Shown here piece by piece: positions 1 to 10,678 of a DNA stretch of 64,000 nt (the first letter of the stretch is position 1; each line of letters opens with the position of its first letter). A program made the translations under genes and the position numbers. The notes under the pieces are model-generated. The model was given only the letters and a program-made list of their open reading frames with translations, had not been told where the DNA came from and made no database searches. The stretch is from a virus: IMG/VR virus record IMGVR_UViG_3300008259_000011, positions 70,144 through 134,143 of that record; one strand, 5' to 3'.

Positions 1-61
1 AAAATCCCCCACTTCCGTTTTGAATGGGTAACGTCAACCCAATTGGATACAACGTAGTCAT
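1..61 (-). CDS. 5' part of gene running off the window; probable gp25/GPW-like baseplate wedge protein
   Basis: MTTLYPIGLTLPIQNGSGGF start; position after baseplate-like genes; only 20 codons visible. Confidence 0.4.
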   Translation of the reverse strand, partial: MTTLYPIGLTLPIQNGSGGF

Positions 62-62
62 A

Positions 63-482
63 TTACATCATTGATACTGAAGCAGATGTTGTTGTACCAC
101 CAGACTTCTTTTTATCAATCGCCTTCATCAATGCAGAATAATTTTTTGTCAAAGCTTGTGCCACCGGAGCAGGTGCATGATCCAAATTGTCCATCACAGA
201 TGGTGGTGACGATAATGACGATGCAACCATGTCACCTTCTCTTGGAATACCACCCACAGTTTCATTCAATGCTTTGTTTAAAAGTTCATTTTGTGTGTAC
301 TTTTTGAACTCTCTTTTGACTGGCTGTTCCTTAACAATCGGTTTCTTCGATGCACTAACCGTTGTTTCTGTGACTTTCTGACTCTTTTGAGTGAAAATCT
401 CAGCCATGACTTCTGGTAACGCGGCACGGACTTCTTCCTGTACCATCTCTCTTATTAGTTGTCTCAATGATTCTTTTGTCAT
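63..482 (-). CDS. hypothetical phage protein with MTxxxLRxLIRE N-terminal motif
   Basis: ORF; likely start MTKESLRQLIREMVQEE. Confidence 0.75.
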   Translation of the reverse strand: MTKESLRQLIREMVQEEVRAALPEVMAEIFTQKSQKVTETTVSASKKPIVKEQPVKREFKKYTQNELLNKALNETVGGIPREGDMVASSLSSPPSVMDNLDHAPAPVAQALTKNYSALMKAIDKKKSGGTTTSASVSMM

Positions 483-520
483 AGTAATATTAAATATCAA
501 ATTTGATAGTGTAAAATGAC

Positions 521-2236
521 TTATATTTGAATTTGACTTATATCGGAAACTTGTCTTCCACGTCTGTCAAAATTGTTAAATCCACCCGGAACACCCTCGC
601 CTGTTTCAGTATTGATACTAACAGGTTCGGCACCATCAGTTATTTTACCACCATTTTGACCCGGCGCATATCCACCACCAGTCAAAAATACACGTCTACT
701 CAATAATGTTGAAAGTCTTTTTTGGAGTTCTTCCAAATCAAATAACTGAACCGGTACTTGTGTAAAAGGTAAAACTGCCCCTCCAGCATCAGGATGTGAG
801 TGATAGTACCAATGAACGTGAGTTTTTAACCACTCACACAAGTCAAATAACCAATCAACAGCGGTTTGTCCAAGTAACGCTGGTTCATTAGTTTCGTTAT
901 ATTGACCCAAATAAATAGCAGGACTGTTAATTACTGTTTTTGTATTTGTACTAATCACTACCTGTTCATGTGCATCTACGGTATATTCGCTGTCGGTAAC
1001 AATAGCATATCTCTTCTTAGAAAAATGAAACGTTTCGGCAAATCTACTACTTAAGATTATACGATCCGTGTTAAGGACATATTGGTCCTTGTTCAATATT
1101 GGATAAGAAAACGTAGTGGCATTATTAGGAGCAAACGCAGTTACTTCTTCTCCCGTTTGATCTCCTGACACTCCAAACATCTTTTTGTAACATGTGGTTA
1201 CATATTTTGAAATCGTACAACCGGACGTAATATGAATCGATGTACCGTCATTGTTAATATCCTCCAACAAATAACCACCAGTATTTCTTTCTGGGTGAGT
1301 TAAATCATCTTCATCAATTGGAGTAATTTTAGGTAATTTTGGATGTAATTGAATTTCTTCTGTCTTTTTTAACGGACGTTGACGGTTCCTAAAAATAATC
1401 ATAGGATTACCACCACCGACTTCATATTTGTTGTTAAAAAAATTATTCTTTTTCTTATTACCTATGTTATAATCAAAATATCCATTTTTAAAATTGTGTG
1501 CGGGATTGTTATCATATGCTTTATCATTTTCACGATTATCGTCATATGCACCAAATCTTATTGATTGTCCAAACCTACTCTCTATTACGGTATCGCCTTC
1601 AAATCGTCTCAATGATCTGATATTTGGATTATGAAGAAAGTATCTTCCCAATGCTCCTTCAAATCCATATCCACCCTGAGCACGTAACTTACTTACTGGT
1701 CCTTTATAATCAATAAACGGATCCGTATCGCTTTTGTATTCCTCACGGTTACCCATATTGGCACCATAAGTCAATTCAAACGCTATATCAGCGTTGTTGT
1801 TTACAAAGTTCTTATAGTTTATTTTGCGGGTGTAATACAGATTGTTATTGTACTTAACCACACCCACAATTTCATTAACCAACGGATATTCAGAGATATT
1901 ATTCTCCAAAGGCATTGCCCATGACAATCCTTCCTTAGGCAAGGTTGTTTGAGAATTCAATAGACGTACTTTTACACGTCCTATCCATGTATAATCATAA
2001 TCATCAATAGAAGGTTTTTGACCGATGTAATTTTCAGGCCATTGATCCGGATCCAAATAGTGTCCATTTTCTATAATCTCAGGATGAGATTCGTCCAAAA
2101 TAATATCCAACACCACCGCTGGTTCATATTGAGGAGTGGATGCAACATCTGTTAACAAAAATTTAAGATCACGTTTTGTTGCCAAAAGATTTACATCTTT
2201 TGACTGATCCATTGCGATTGGAGAGTTTGTACTCAT
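521..2236 (-). CDS. putative baseplate hub/spike protein (gp5/gpV-like)
   Basis: IGRVKVR OB-fold-like N-terminus, EGD..IESRFGQSIRF motif, C-terminal HVH..HSH metal-binding tip motif. Confidence 0.6.
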   Translation of the reverse strand: MSTNSPIAMDQSKDVNLLATKRDLKFLLTDVASTPQYEPAVVLDIILDESHPEIIENGHYLDPDQWPENYIGQKPSIDDYDYTWIGRVKVRLLNSQTTLPKEGLSWAMPLENNISEYPLVNEIVGVVKYNNNLYYTRKINYKNFVNNNADIAFELTYGANMGNREEYKSDTDPFIDYKGPVSKLRAQGGYGFEGALGRYFLHNPNIRSLRRFEGDTVIESRFGQSIRFGAYDDNRENDKAYDNNPAHNFKNGYFDYNIGNKKKNNFFNNKYEVGGGNPMIIFRNRQRPLKKTEEIQLHPKLPKITPIDEDDLTHPERNTGGYLLEDINNDGTSIHITSGCTISKYVTTCYKKMFGVSGDQTGEEVTAFAPNNATTFSYPILNKDQYVLNTDRIILSSRFAETFHFSKKRYAIVTDSEYTVDAHEQVVISTNTKTVINSPAIYLGQYNETNEPALLGQTAVDWLFDLCEWLKTHVHWYYHSHPDAGGAVLPFTQVPVQLFDLEELQKRLSTLLSRRVFLTGGGYAPGQNGGKITDGAEPVSINTETGEGVPGGFNNFDRRGRQVSDISQIQI

Positions 2237-2237
2237 A

Positions 2238-2606
2238 TCAAGATTTGTTTATATTTATTTGACCGCCTGATTTTTCAATCACTTTAATTTCTTGCATAAT
2301 CTGACGTTTTTCTTCTTCGGTCAAAAACCCTGTCATTTCTCCGTCTGCACCAACTGTTTGTCGGCTCATGATACGTTGAATAACCGCAGCTAACTTAACT
2401 AATTGTTCGTCATTTTTTACTTGAACATCCAAATATTCCTTTATCAAAGGAACAATCATCAAAGCATCATTTGCAGTTTTAATCATCGAACGCAAATCAC
2501 TGATCAATATGTCAAGTTGATCCCGATTGTTCTCAGAATTCTTAACTATATCCTTACACAAATCAGAAAATTTCTTGTTTTTGTATATTTCAATATCATT
2601 GTCCAT
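2238..2606 (-). CDS. conserved jumbo-phage helical protein (possibly terminase small subunit-like)
   Basis: 122 aa ORF, coiled-coil character, TATTTATA motif upstream. Confidence 0.6.
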   Translation of the reverse strand: MDNDIEIYKNKKFSDLCKDIVKNSENNRDQLDILISDLRSMIKTANDALMIVPLIKEYLDVQVKNDEQLVKLAAVIQRIMSRQTVGADGEMTGFLTEEEKRQIMQEIKVIEKSGGQININKS

Positions 2607-2632
2607 ATTCAGTACTTACTGTTATAAATAGA

Positions 2633-2658
2633 AAAACCACCCCTTTTGGAGTGGTTTT
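2633..2658 (-). terminator. intrinsic terminator
   Basis: AAAACCAC..GTGGTTTT hairpin with U-tract after sigma-like gene. Confidence 0.7.
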
Positions 2659-2681
2659 CCTTATTTTATTTTAGCAGACTA

Positions 2682-3578
2682 CTAGAGGTTGCCATTATTT
2701 ACATACGACTTGGTGATATTGTTCTGATAGTTTTTCATTCGATTAATCACCTTAGTAATCTGTTGCGTCTTACATGAAGAAATCTCACGAATGTACAAGT
2801 ACAATGCCTTTTTGTTAAAGGCATCAATACGATCACTGTTGCGGAAAAGTTCAATCACCGCATTAGCAATATTGATATCACGTTGTTTGGTAAAAATCTT
2901 ACCCACATTCTTTTCCCAATAGTTCACCATTAGTTGAAGAAACTCACGGTTTTCTTCTTCTCTATAGTGACAATCTTCGTGTTGCAACTTGTAAGTATTT
3001 TCACCGTTATCATCGCCTATTTCAACATGTTGGTTGAATCGTTTGTAATTACTATTATTCTGAAAAATCAGATAGTTCTTAGCAATAATACTGAAATAAC
3101 TAAACGCCTTACCTTTACCGCTCTCAAACTTATGAATATTGGCAACCAAATGAGCAACAGTTTCCTTTTGTACTTCCAAAGGACTTGTCTCAAAATAACA
3201 GAACTTAAACGTGTTAAACACGTTTTCAACTAACTTTTCAAACGCATACTTGATCTTAGTATTGTAGATTTCATCACGTTGTGATTGATCATCACTGGTA
3301 TTATATTCGATAATTGCGTCCTCAGTCTCGGATGTAAAATACATCTTTTCCTTGGGTTTACGAACCCTCTTTGTTTTCTTAGTTTTTGTGGTTTCGATAA
3401 TCGGTGTTTCCGCAATAGTAACAACTGGGGTCTTAATTTTTGCGGAACGAATCTTCTTTGTCTTCTTTTTTACAACCTTGGTTACAGAACGAACTGGTGT
3501 TCGTTTGGTTTTCTTCTTTATGATCTTAGTATTCTTCTTGACTGTCTTTTTATTAGTTTGTTTCTTTGTCTTGAACAT
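2682..3578 (-). CDS. phage sigma-factor-like protein (gp55/late sigma-like) with very basic N-terminal tail
   Basis: KAFSYFSIIAKNYL region-2-like motif; Lys-rich first ~75 aa. Confidence 0.6.
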   Translation of the reverse strand: MFKTKKQTNKKTVKKNTKIIKKKTKRTPVRSVTKVVKKKTKKIRSAKIKTPVVTIAETPIIETTKTKKTKRVRKPKEKMYFTSETEDAIIEYNTSDDQSQRDEIYNTKIKYAFEKLVENVFNTFKFCYFETSPLEVQKETVAHLVANIHKFESGKGKAFSYFSIIAKNYLIFQNNSNYKRFNQHVEIGDDNGENTYKLQHEDCHYREEENREFLQLMVNYWEKNVGKIFTKQRDINIANAVIELFRNSDRIDAFNKKALYLYIREISSCKTQQITKVINRMKNYQNNITKSYVNNGNL

Positions 3579-3837
3579 TGGAGTTAGTCCTTTGATTGAG
3601 TTTTTCTAGTATCAAATATAAATCAGAAAAGACTCCGCCTACATCGTCGTCCTTTTCAAAAATCTGTTTATCATCAACCAACTTTATTTGACGATACACC
3701 TCATTTATATCATCCTTGAATTCTACTATCCAACTCTCATATATGTCAATTTTATTTTGACAATTATATGTCACATAACCAAGTATCACAGTTGTTGCAA
3801 CAAATAGTCCCAACAACAAACTTAAAATAATAATCAT
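3553..3837 (-). CDS. small membrane-anchored protein
   Basis: likely start MIIILSLLLGLF; N-terminal TM helix. Confidence 0.7.
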   Translation of the reverse strand: MIIILSLLLGLFVATTVILGYVTYNCQNKIDIYESWIVEFKDDINEVYRQIKLVDDKQIFEKDDDVGGVFSDLYLILEKLNQRTNSNVQDKETN

Positions 3838-3842
3838 AACTT

Positions 3843-3986
3843 TTATTCTTCTTCCTCGTTCTCGTCTTCTTCTTCCGTACAATAGTTTGTTAAATAGATC
3901 AACGCTTCATCAACTAAATCCCAATCTTTTGTAGTTTTGGCTTCTTTTAGAATTTGAACGATTTCGCAGGTTTCTTCTTGACTCAT
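3843..3986 (-). CDS. small acidic protein (47 aa; not in ORF track)
   Basis: MSQEETCEIVQILKEAKTTKDWDLVDEALIYLTNYCTEEEDENEEE fills the intergenic gap. Confidence 0.6.
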   Translation of the reverse strand: MSQEETCEIVQILKEAKTTKDWDLVDEALIYLTNYCTEEEDENEEEE

Positions 3987-4076
3987 ATACTGTTAACAAA
4001 ATTATTTTTAAGTCTGTACGTTTATACAGACAAAATTAAATAGTATTAATGAATGTAAACGTCAAAAAAAATTGAT

Positions 4077-5135
4077 TTATCTCTGTACGAAATATCTCTT
4101 AAAGAAGTCATCGCCCTGATTATCCATCTTTTTGAGTTCTTCTTTAGTTATATTTTGCAATTCAGTTTCGTCGATTTTACCGTCGTTATTTGTATCGTAT
4201 TTTTCAACGATTTGAGTTGCCTCTTGTGTGTTTACTGGTTCGATTGGTGTAATAGACTGTTCAACAACAGGTGTGGTTACAATCTTTTTGGGTGGCTCTT
4301 CAATTGGTTTTGGTGTCTGTTTCTTATCGTCCGGAATATAAATAGCGTATTCTTTACTAACTGCCATGTTGTATGCCAATATCAACGCAACCGCTAGTGG
4401 ATCGAATACAAAAATCAATACTAGAATAAACCATTTGACGACTGTATTTAAGTTCATATTCAGCTCGTCCGCAACAAATTTGAAAGTCTGAATGTCTTTA
4501 TTAGATGCAGTGTTCAACTTAAGATCTGCAATCTTTTTGTCAATAGTATCTATCGTGGCAGAATACCCGGATGACTTATCATTCTCCGTTTTAATGTTTT
4601 TGTCCGTTTGATCAATCAATTCCATAGTCTGATCTTGTACCTGACGAAACTGGATTGGATTACGTGCCAATAACGCATTTGTATTGATCTCACTTAATCT
4701 GGACTCCTGTGTTTTTCTTAATGCTGATAATGAATCAATACGTAATTTAACTTCATTGATTTTTGATTGTTCTTGTTTCTTTTGATCTTCCAACAATTTG
4801 ATACTGTCCATCATCATAGTGTATTTGATAGAAGACTGTTGATATGCACTGGTAAGATATCCAAATATACCCAACGACGTAATCAACATAAGAATGAATA
4901 CCGCACCACATAAATAAGATTTTAACATCCATTGGGACTTTTTCCAAAATCTATATAAGAATGATGTTGCAACCAATTTACCCAATTCAAGCGAAGAAGC
5001 CATCACCATAGCGGCAATAGACGCACCGGAAAACAATAATCCGATACCCCAAATGGAGAAAAAAGCGGCACATCCAGCAATGAATAATGCTGAAAAGCCA
5101 AGTAACAGATTAAAGTTCAGTATGTTTCTGTTCAT
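4077..5135 (-). CDS. multi-TM membrane protein with coiled coil and C-terminal EF-hand-like loop
   Basis: 3 N-terminal TM helices, coiled coil, FVFDPLAV TM, DTNNDGKIDETE. Confidence 0.75.
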   Translation of the reverse strand: MNRNILNFNLLLGFSALFIAGCAAFFSIWGIGLLFSGASIAAMVMASSLELGKLVATSFLYRFWKKSQWMLKSYLCGAVFILMLITSLGIFGYLTSAYQQSSIKYTMMMDSIKLLEDQKKQEQSKINEVKLRIDSLSALRKTQESRLSEINTNALLARNPIQFRQVQDQTMELIDQTDKNIKTENDKSSGYSATIDTIDKKIADLKLNTASNKDIQTFKFVADELNMNLNTVVKWFILVLIFVFDPLAVALILAYNMAVSKEYAIYIPDDKKQTPKPIEEPPKKIVTTPVVEQSITPIEPVNTQEATQIVEKYDTNNDGKIDETELQNITKEELKKMDNQGDDFFKRYFVQR

Positions 5136-5160
5136 AGTATATAAATATCAAACAAAGTAA

Positions 5161-5187
5161 AAAACCCCCACCTATTAGGGTGGGGGT
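5161..5187 (-). terminator. intrinsic terminator after Hsp20
   Basis: ACCCCCACC/GGTGGGGGT stem with U-tract. Confidence 0.75.
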
Positions 5188-5207
5188 CACATAACTTATT
5201 TGTTTAT

Positions 5208-5696
5208 TCACTTCACAGTGATCTTTTTGACATCTGGCTTAACCGGCTTAACCTTAGGTAACGTAATGGTTAACATACCATTTTGAAACTCGGCTTCAAC
5301 CTTGTCTTTAGAAATATTATCACCCAAAGTAAAACTTCGACGAAAACTTGAACGTTTCAACTCACGACGTATGTACGTTCCAGTTTCACCAGAAACCTTA
5401 TCTGGTACGGTTAACTTGTTTCCTACAACAGTCAAGACGTTAGCTTCAAGTTCGACATTTACATCCGATTTATCCAGACCGGGAATTTCAGCTTCAATTA
5501 CCACACGATCTGAAAAATCAATAACATTTACCTTTGGATACGATCCCTTTTCAAAAAAGTCCACACCAAAATCTTGCGTGAAGTTAGGGACGTTAGCAGC
5601 GAAGAATTCATCGAAGATTCTATCAAATGGAGTTAAAAACTCATCACGATGAACTGCACGAAGTGCATTTTTATTGATCTTACTTAGATTACTCAT
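5208..5696 (-). CDS. small heat shock protein Hsp20/alpha-crystallin
   Basis: PKVNV, EIPGLDK, SFRRSFTL, A.F.NGMLTITLPK motifs; AAAGGA RBS. Confidence 0.95.
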   Translation of the reverse strand: MSNLSKINKNALRAVHRDEFLTPFDRIFDEFFAANVPNFTQDFGVDFFEKGSYPKVNVIDFSDRVVIEAEIPGLDKSDVNVELEANVLTVVGNKLTVPDKVSGETGTYIRRELKRSSFRRSFTLGDNISKDKVEAEFQNGMLTITLPKVKPVKPDVKKITVK

Positions 5697-5802
5697 ATTA
5701 TATTTCCTTTCGTTAATAGTCCTTTTGGACCTATTATCTCTTAATCTTTTGGACTTAAGAGGGTAAAACGCTTTGTCTTACCAAACAATATATAGTGAAA
5801 AC

Positions 5803-6513
5803 CTAGATAAAATATTCAGTTTTGTTGGAAAAATCAAACTCTGGAATCCATATATTCATAGGACCATGTACCCCAAACGTATTTCTTTGTAGGTTCATAT
5901 CCACTGTACATTCTCTTGAGAATTTACACGCAACTTCGTATGGTGCAAATACACACCCATGTTTTTCATACAATAACGCATTGTGAACACATATAACAAG
6001 ATCCTCAGCACAGTAACCATTGTTGTGATGTTTATAGTAATCACCATGCGTTGTGGCAACAAAAGGAACATATTCTTTTGTAGGAACTTCCAAAAGTCTC
6101 TTTGATCTAAAAGAAAATCCTCCATTTCCAACACGTCGTGTGACTCCACTCGGATCTAAAAAATGACCTTCAATTAAAGGCCATGGTGCACCAATATAAT
6201 CATAATTGTAAAAATTATCATCCCAAGCATCGGCATTAACAATAAATCCATCTGTCTGAACTATTAAACAATATTTGGTATCAATGTATCGATGCAAGTC
6301 ATAAATCATAAAATGACTATATGCCTCCGTGGATGTTAAATGTGGACAGTGTTCTACTTTAATCCCGTCTTCATCAGAAACAGTATATTCATGTGTAATG
6401 AATTTTGCATCTGCAAATTCCATTTGATTCATACAATATCGCATAGACATCAACGATTGTTGAAGTCGTACTGAAGACACACACACCAAAGTTACATCGT
6501 TCAACTTTTTCAT
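5803..6513 (-). CDS. DUF5672-like glycosyltransferase-related protein
   Basis: LIVQTDG, YDYIGAPW, VGNGGFSFRS, AED motifs. Confidence 0.8.
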   Translation of the reverse strand: MKKLNDVTLVCVSSVRLQQSLMSMRYCMNQMEFADAKFITHEYTVSDEDGIKVEHCPHLTSTEAYSHFMIYDLHRYIDTKYCLIVQTDGFIVNADAWDDNFYNYDYIGAPWPLIEGHFLDPSGVTRRVGNGGFSFRSKRLLEVPTKEYVPFVATTHGDYYKHHNNGYCAEDLVICVHNALLYEKHGCVFAPYEVACKFSRECTVDMNLQRNTFGVHGPMNIWIPEFDFSNKTEYFI

Positions 6514-7790
6514 AAATTATTTTGCATTTGATGTATAGTTCTATCAAATTCATCCAAAATATACAATTTACAATAATATGACTCTTGCGTTATTACACTA
6601 AAATTAACAGAGACACTTGGAGAAGATGGTTGTTTCAATAACGTCTCAATTAAATTTTTTTCTAAAATTTGAGACACCATTAGTTTATGTTTTGAATTAT
6701 ATATTTCAACTCTCAAAGAGTGTGTATTATCACGATATAATACAGATGTATCAATAACAACGTTCTTGGTTATAGTTTTTAAATCGGAATAACTATTGGT
6801 TTTTCCACACACATAATTTTGATTATATGGTGTTGGTGCATTTTTTCCAGATAATGTATGTACAGAAACAGTCCGATCTAGAAAATTAATACCGGAATAC
6901 CTTTCGTAATCTCTAATCGATCTAACTGATCCCATTTGATATGTCTTAGGAATAGATACATTCACGTCATCTTCCATCTGAAATAACACTCTGTTTCTCT
7001 TATGCGATTGATTGTCACGTTCCCACCAAGATTTTTCTACAACCGAGTGTTTTGTTAAATCGTGATCATCCCAATGTTTTATTCTAGCAGACCGTGTATA
7101 TTCGTGCCACAAAACAACCTTATGTGGATGATACAAATCATAACCATGAGTGAACGCACGAACAGCAATGCTTATTTCTTCGCCATAAAAATAATACTCA
7201 GGATCATGTGGAACTTCATCACAAAAAGATCCATCAGTAAATGCAAAATGAGCAGAATAGAATCTTGCAGGAATAGGCCGAGTTAGTTTATCATGATCTG
7301 TAATCGGATTTGGTACGAATATTACAGTGCCTTCATCTGTAAACGTATGAAAGTCCATTTTCCAAGGAACTTGTTCAAAAGATTCTTTGAGTTCAAATGG
7401 ATCAAATGCAGGCGCATATGTGGTGATAATAGGCTTCTTACTTCCCATATCAACACACTGCGCATACATTTCTTTTAATAAGGTATCCCATCCCTGTACA
7501 AACCTGTGATGAGAGTCTAATTGTAATGTGTATCTTTCTCCGTTATAGTAACGTTGAATCAAATTTCTTGCCCAACATGCCCCTTTACTTTTATAGTAAG
7601 GAACATCGATGATATTGATGTTTGGATAGTTCTGTAAAAAACTTAAATTTTCAACATCATCATGTTGCCAACAAATACAGAGATTTAAATTTTCTGGATT
7701 ATTGGCAGTTTCAAACATATCCACAATGGTTGGTACCAATTCTGGATCTCTATAAGAGGCTATTTGTACAAAAATTGATTCATCGTTCAT
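6510..7790 (-). CDS. GlcNAc-transferase family glycosyltransferase (GT60/Skp1-GlcNAcT-like)
   Basis: IFVQIASYRDPE, GACWAR, LQLDSHHRF..WD, FYGEE, GYDLYHP motifs. Confidence 0.85.
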   Translation of the reverse strand: MNDESIFVQIASYRDPELVPTIVDMFETANNPENLNLCICWQHDDVENLSFLQNYPNINIIDVPYYKSKGACWARNLIQRYYNGERYTLQLDSHHRFVQGWDTLLKEMYAQCVDMGSKKPIITTYAPAFDPFELKESFEQVPWKMDFHTFTDEGTVIFVPNPITDHDKLTRPIPARFYSAHFAFTDGSFCDEVPHDPEYYFYGEEISIAVRAFTHGYDLYHPHKVVLWHEYTRSARIKHWDDHDLTKHSVVEKSWWERDNQSHKRNRVLFQMEDDVNVSIPKTYQMGSVRSIRDYERYSGINFLDRTVSVHTLSGKNAPTPYNQNYVCGKTNSYSDLKTITKNVVIDTSVLYRDNTHSLRVEIYNSKHKLMVSQILEKNLIETLLKQPSSPSVSVNFSVITQESYYCKLYILDEFDRTIHQMQNNL

Positions 7791-7793
7791 AAC

Positions 7794-8489
7794 TTAATTT
7801 TCGAGCTTCCACATATCATATTCACATCTACATGATATATAGTCAGCAACGTGAAGTAGACGCGGCAAATTTGTCTTCAGTTCATGTTCTGGATTATATG
7901 ACTTCAAATATGAAGAGTTAGCTTCATGGTACAAACCATCAGACAACTTGATTGCCAATGTCTCCTTCCAAGTACAAGGAATTTGATATTGTTGTAGAAT
8001 GAACAACGCACGATCAACCACGTCCATATATTGTAGATTGGGGTTGAACTTAAAAATCTCACCACGATTCTTTCGATGCCAATCGCTCTCTTGAATCTGA
8101 TAATACTCGCCCTGTTCCTTGTCACCCAACTTTCCAAGATCATGATGGATGGCAGAAAACGCCAACTCTTCATCAGTGAAGTCGATAGTACCACCACGGG
8201 CTTCATACAACTTCTTGACACCAAAGGAAGTAGTCAAAACATTCATGATGTGGTCAAGGTAACCACCAACATAAGCGTTGTGGAAATGTTCCTTTGCGCT
8301 CGCAGGTGCCATGATGGCACGATAACCGTACTCATTCTCACTATACAGGTATTGCAACTTTTGAAGTCGTTCACCGGAGAAGAATTTTTCGAGTTGTTTT
8401 AGAAATTTTTCGTAATTAGCAAAAAGCTCTTTTTCAGTATAAGATTTTGTCATGAAATACATCCTATACTGAAAAAGAGAATAAGTCAA
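7794..8489 (-). CDS. HD-domain phosphohydrolase (YhaM-like)
   Basis: APAS..HFHNAYVGGYLDH, HHDLGK, LHVAD motifs. Confidence 0.85.
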   Translation of the reverse strand: MTYSLFQYRMYFMTKSYTEKELFANYEKFLKQLEKFFSGERLQKLQYLYSENEYGYRAIMAPASAKEHFHNAYVGGYLDHIMNVLTTSFGVKKLYEARGGTIDFTDEELAFSAIHHDLGKLGDKEQGEYYQIQESDWHRKNRGEIFKFNPNLQYMDVVDRALFILQQYQIPCTWKETLAIKLSDGLYHEANSSYLKSYNPEHELKTNLPRLLHVADYISCRCEYDMWKLEN

Positions 8490-8504
8490 TTTTTTATTTA
8501 CGTG

Positions 8505-9293
8505 TTATAAAATTGCAACACTGCTCGTAAATTCAGCAGACCCGTATGGCGTAGTTAATAAAACTGATGTAATTACATCGTTCACGTTGATTTTAGAAAA
8601 TCCCCCAGACGTTGTAGTATAAACAAAAACGTTAACGGTCTTATTATCATCATATGTTAATGTAGTTTGGTCATTTACAAATTGTGTACCATCGACATAT
8701 ACCCAATTAGAACTTGAATCTGGATGATCACGTAAATTAGTAACCGTTGGTGTTACCGTTGCTGGTGCAAAAACATACTCAATACTACTTGTGAATTCGC
8801 CATCCGATGTTACAACTGTAAAAGTTCCATTTGTATTTACATCGGTTGGAATAGAAAATCCAATTTGATTATTGTTATATACATAAACCGGATCACATTT
8901 TGATGTATTAAAATATATTTGTGTATCACCTGTAATAAAGTGAGTTCCAAACATGTATATCCATTGACCAGATGGTCCAGATGTTGGAGCAAATGATGTA
9001 ATTGTAGGGGTGACAGGGGATGGTGGAACTGGTGTATTAACCGTTAATGTGGCAATATCACTTGTAGTAGTACCGTCAACATTAGTTACAGTTGCATTAT
9101 AATTGCCAGCGTCATTCAATGTAGTCGTTTGAATAATATAAGTATTACCCGTGGCGCCTACGATTTCGACATTATCTTTGAACCACTGATAACTAAGTGG
9201 ACCTTCATCTGAAACGTTAACATTAAATACAGCACCATCGCCCAGTAAAATTGTTTGACTGGATGGTTGTTCGATAATTATAGGAGTTGGCAT
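8505..9293 (-). CDS. Ig-like plus IPT/TIG domain protein (probable virion decoration)
   Basis: PLSYQWFKD, DAGNY Ig motif; PTITSFAPTSG IPT motif. Confidence 0.8.
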   Translation of the reverse strand: MPTPIIIEQPSSQTILLGDGAVFNVNVSDEGPLSYQWFKDNVEIVGATGNTYIIQTTTLNDAGNYNATVTNVDGTTTSDIATLTVNTPVPPSPVTPTITSFAPTSGPSGQWIYMFGTHFITGDTQIYFNTSKCDPVYVYNNNQIGFSIPTDVNTNGTFTVVTSDGEFTSSIEYVFAPATVTPTVTNLRDHPDSSSNWVYVDGTQFVNDQTTLTYDDNKTVNVFVYTTTSGGFSKINVNDVITSVLLTTPYGSAEFTSSVAIL

Positions 9294-9314
9294 ATTTTAA
9301 TATAAATACTAGTT

Positions 9315-10040
9315 TTATGTAGATCTTTTCAATTTTTTTATGATGAATCGAACTAAAGCACTTCTTACAATATCATCTTCATCAAACTTAAATGTATAAA
9401 TTCCATTTTCACAACTTTCTTGGTCGTCAAATGAATTCATCATTTTTAAAAACCCACTTTTTCCATTTATATCACTTTGATCCGGATCGCCCAATATAAA
9501 TACTTTGCTAAATTCACCAACACGTGTAACAAGGGTCACCAGTTCTTTGTATGTCATGTTTTGAGATTCGTCTGCGATAATACATCTAGCATTCCAATTT
9601 AATCCTCTCAAAAATCCAATGGGGATACTATCAATTCGTTGTTCTTTTTGAAGAGAATCAATACTGGCTTTATTCGTCAACTCAGACAACTTTTCAAGAA
9701 GTGGTTGAATGTATGGCGCCATCTTTTCATCAGCTTCACCTGGCAAAAAGCCAAGTTTACTATCAGAACTTTCAACGGCACTTCTCAAATATAAAAGATC
9801 ACTAACTCGTTTTTGATTGAGTAATAGTAACGAAGATAATATCGCCATATATGTTTTTGAAGTGCCGGCCGGACCACTTACAAACATCAATTTGGTGTTT
9901 TTGTCTAATGCGATATCTAAAAATTGTTTCTGTTTGGTTGTTAACTCTCGTTGATATATTTCAATCTCATTCTTAATTTTATGTTTTTGAGGGACTATTG
10001 GACTCTTATCTTCACCGGGTTGTTTTTTATTCTTTTTCAT
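9315..10040 (-). CDS. phoH: PhoH family ATPase
   Basis: GPAGTSKT Walker A variant, LGFLPG, FLRG, DESQN, TRVGE, GDPDQSD, DIVRS. Confidence 0.95.
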   Translation of the reverse strand: MKKNKKQPGEDKSPIVPQKHKIKNEIEIYQRELTTKQKQFLDIALDKNTKLMFVSGPAGTSKTYMAILSSLLLLNQKRVSDLLYLRSAVESSDSKLGFLPGEADEKMAPYIQPLLEKLSELTNKASIDSLQKEQRIDSIPIGFLRGLNWNARCIIADESQNMTYKELVTLVTRVGEFSKVFILGDPDQSDINGKSGFLKMMNSFDDQESCENGIYTFKFDEDDIVRSALVRFIIKKLKRST

Positions 10041-10362
10041 TCAGTTTTTTAGGTTTAACTGCATTATCCAATAACATTTCGACATGTTTTACTCGTCCAC
10101 ACAATTCATATTTTTCTTCTTGAAGATAAAAATTGTAAACATTTTGAATATTATCTCGAAATGCTTCTCGGGAAATAGTAATTACAAAATCGGAATTTTT
10201 AAAATTAAATACTTCTACCATCGGTAGATTTTTTTGAATCGCAAACTCAATAGATGATATAACACGTTCAGTTAAGTCCGTTTTATTAGACTGAACATAC
10301 AACTCCAATTCTTTGAAATCAGAGGGCAACACAAATGGTTTATATTTTGTTTTACCTGCCAT
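10027..10362 (-). CDS. hypothetical protein
   Basis: 111 aa ORF overlapping phoH start; EKYELC UVR-like tail. Confidence 0.7.
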   Translation of the reverse strand: MAGKTKYKPFVLPSDFKELELYVQSNKTDLTERVISSIEFAIQKNLPMVEVFNFKNSDFVITISREAFRDNIQNVYNFYLQEEKYELCGRVKHVEMLLDNAVKPKKLNEKE

Positions 10363-10457
10363 ATAACACTAATAAATATCCTTACGCGTCAGATAAAACC
10401 AATAAAAAACGCCATCGTAAGATGGCGTTTGTAAATCGTAGTAGTTTTACTTGTTGT

Positions 10458-10673
10458 TTAGTTCTTCTTAACCTTAGTCTTAGTTTTGACACTAAGATCA
10501 GGAGCGGTTTGTGCCGGAATCAGATTGCTCAACTCAACGATTCGGAACTTGGCAGTAGACTTCCAAGAATTCTTTGTTCTATCTGAAGCGTACTCAAAGG
10601 TCTTACTCTTTGCGATCAAATCATTGATCTCCGCAACAGATCCAGCGTTCTTAATTTGTTCACGTAGTCCCAT
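10458..10673 (-). CDS. hypothetical protein
   Basis: ORF followed by terminator hairpin near 10405-10430. Confidence 0.65.
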   Translation of the reverse strand: MGLREQIKNAGSVAEINDLIAKSKTFEYASDRTKNSWKSTAKFRIVELSNLIPAQTAPDLSVKTKTKVKKN

Positions 10674-10678
10674 AACTT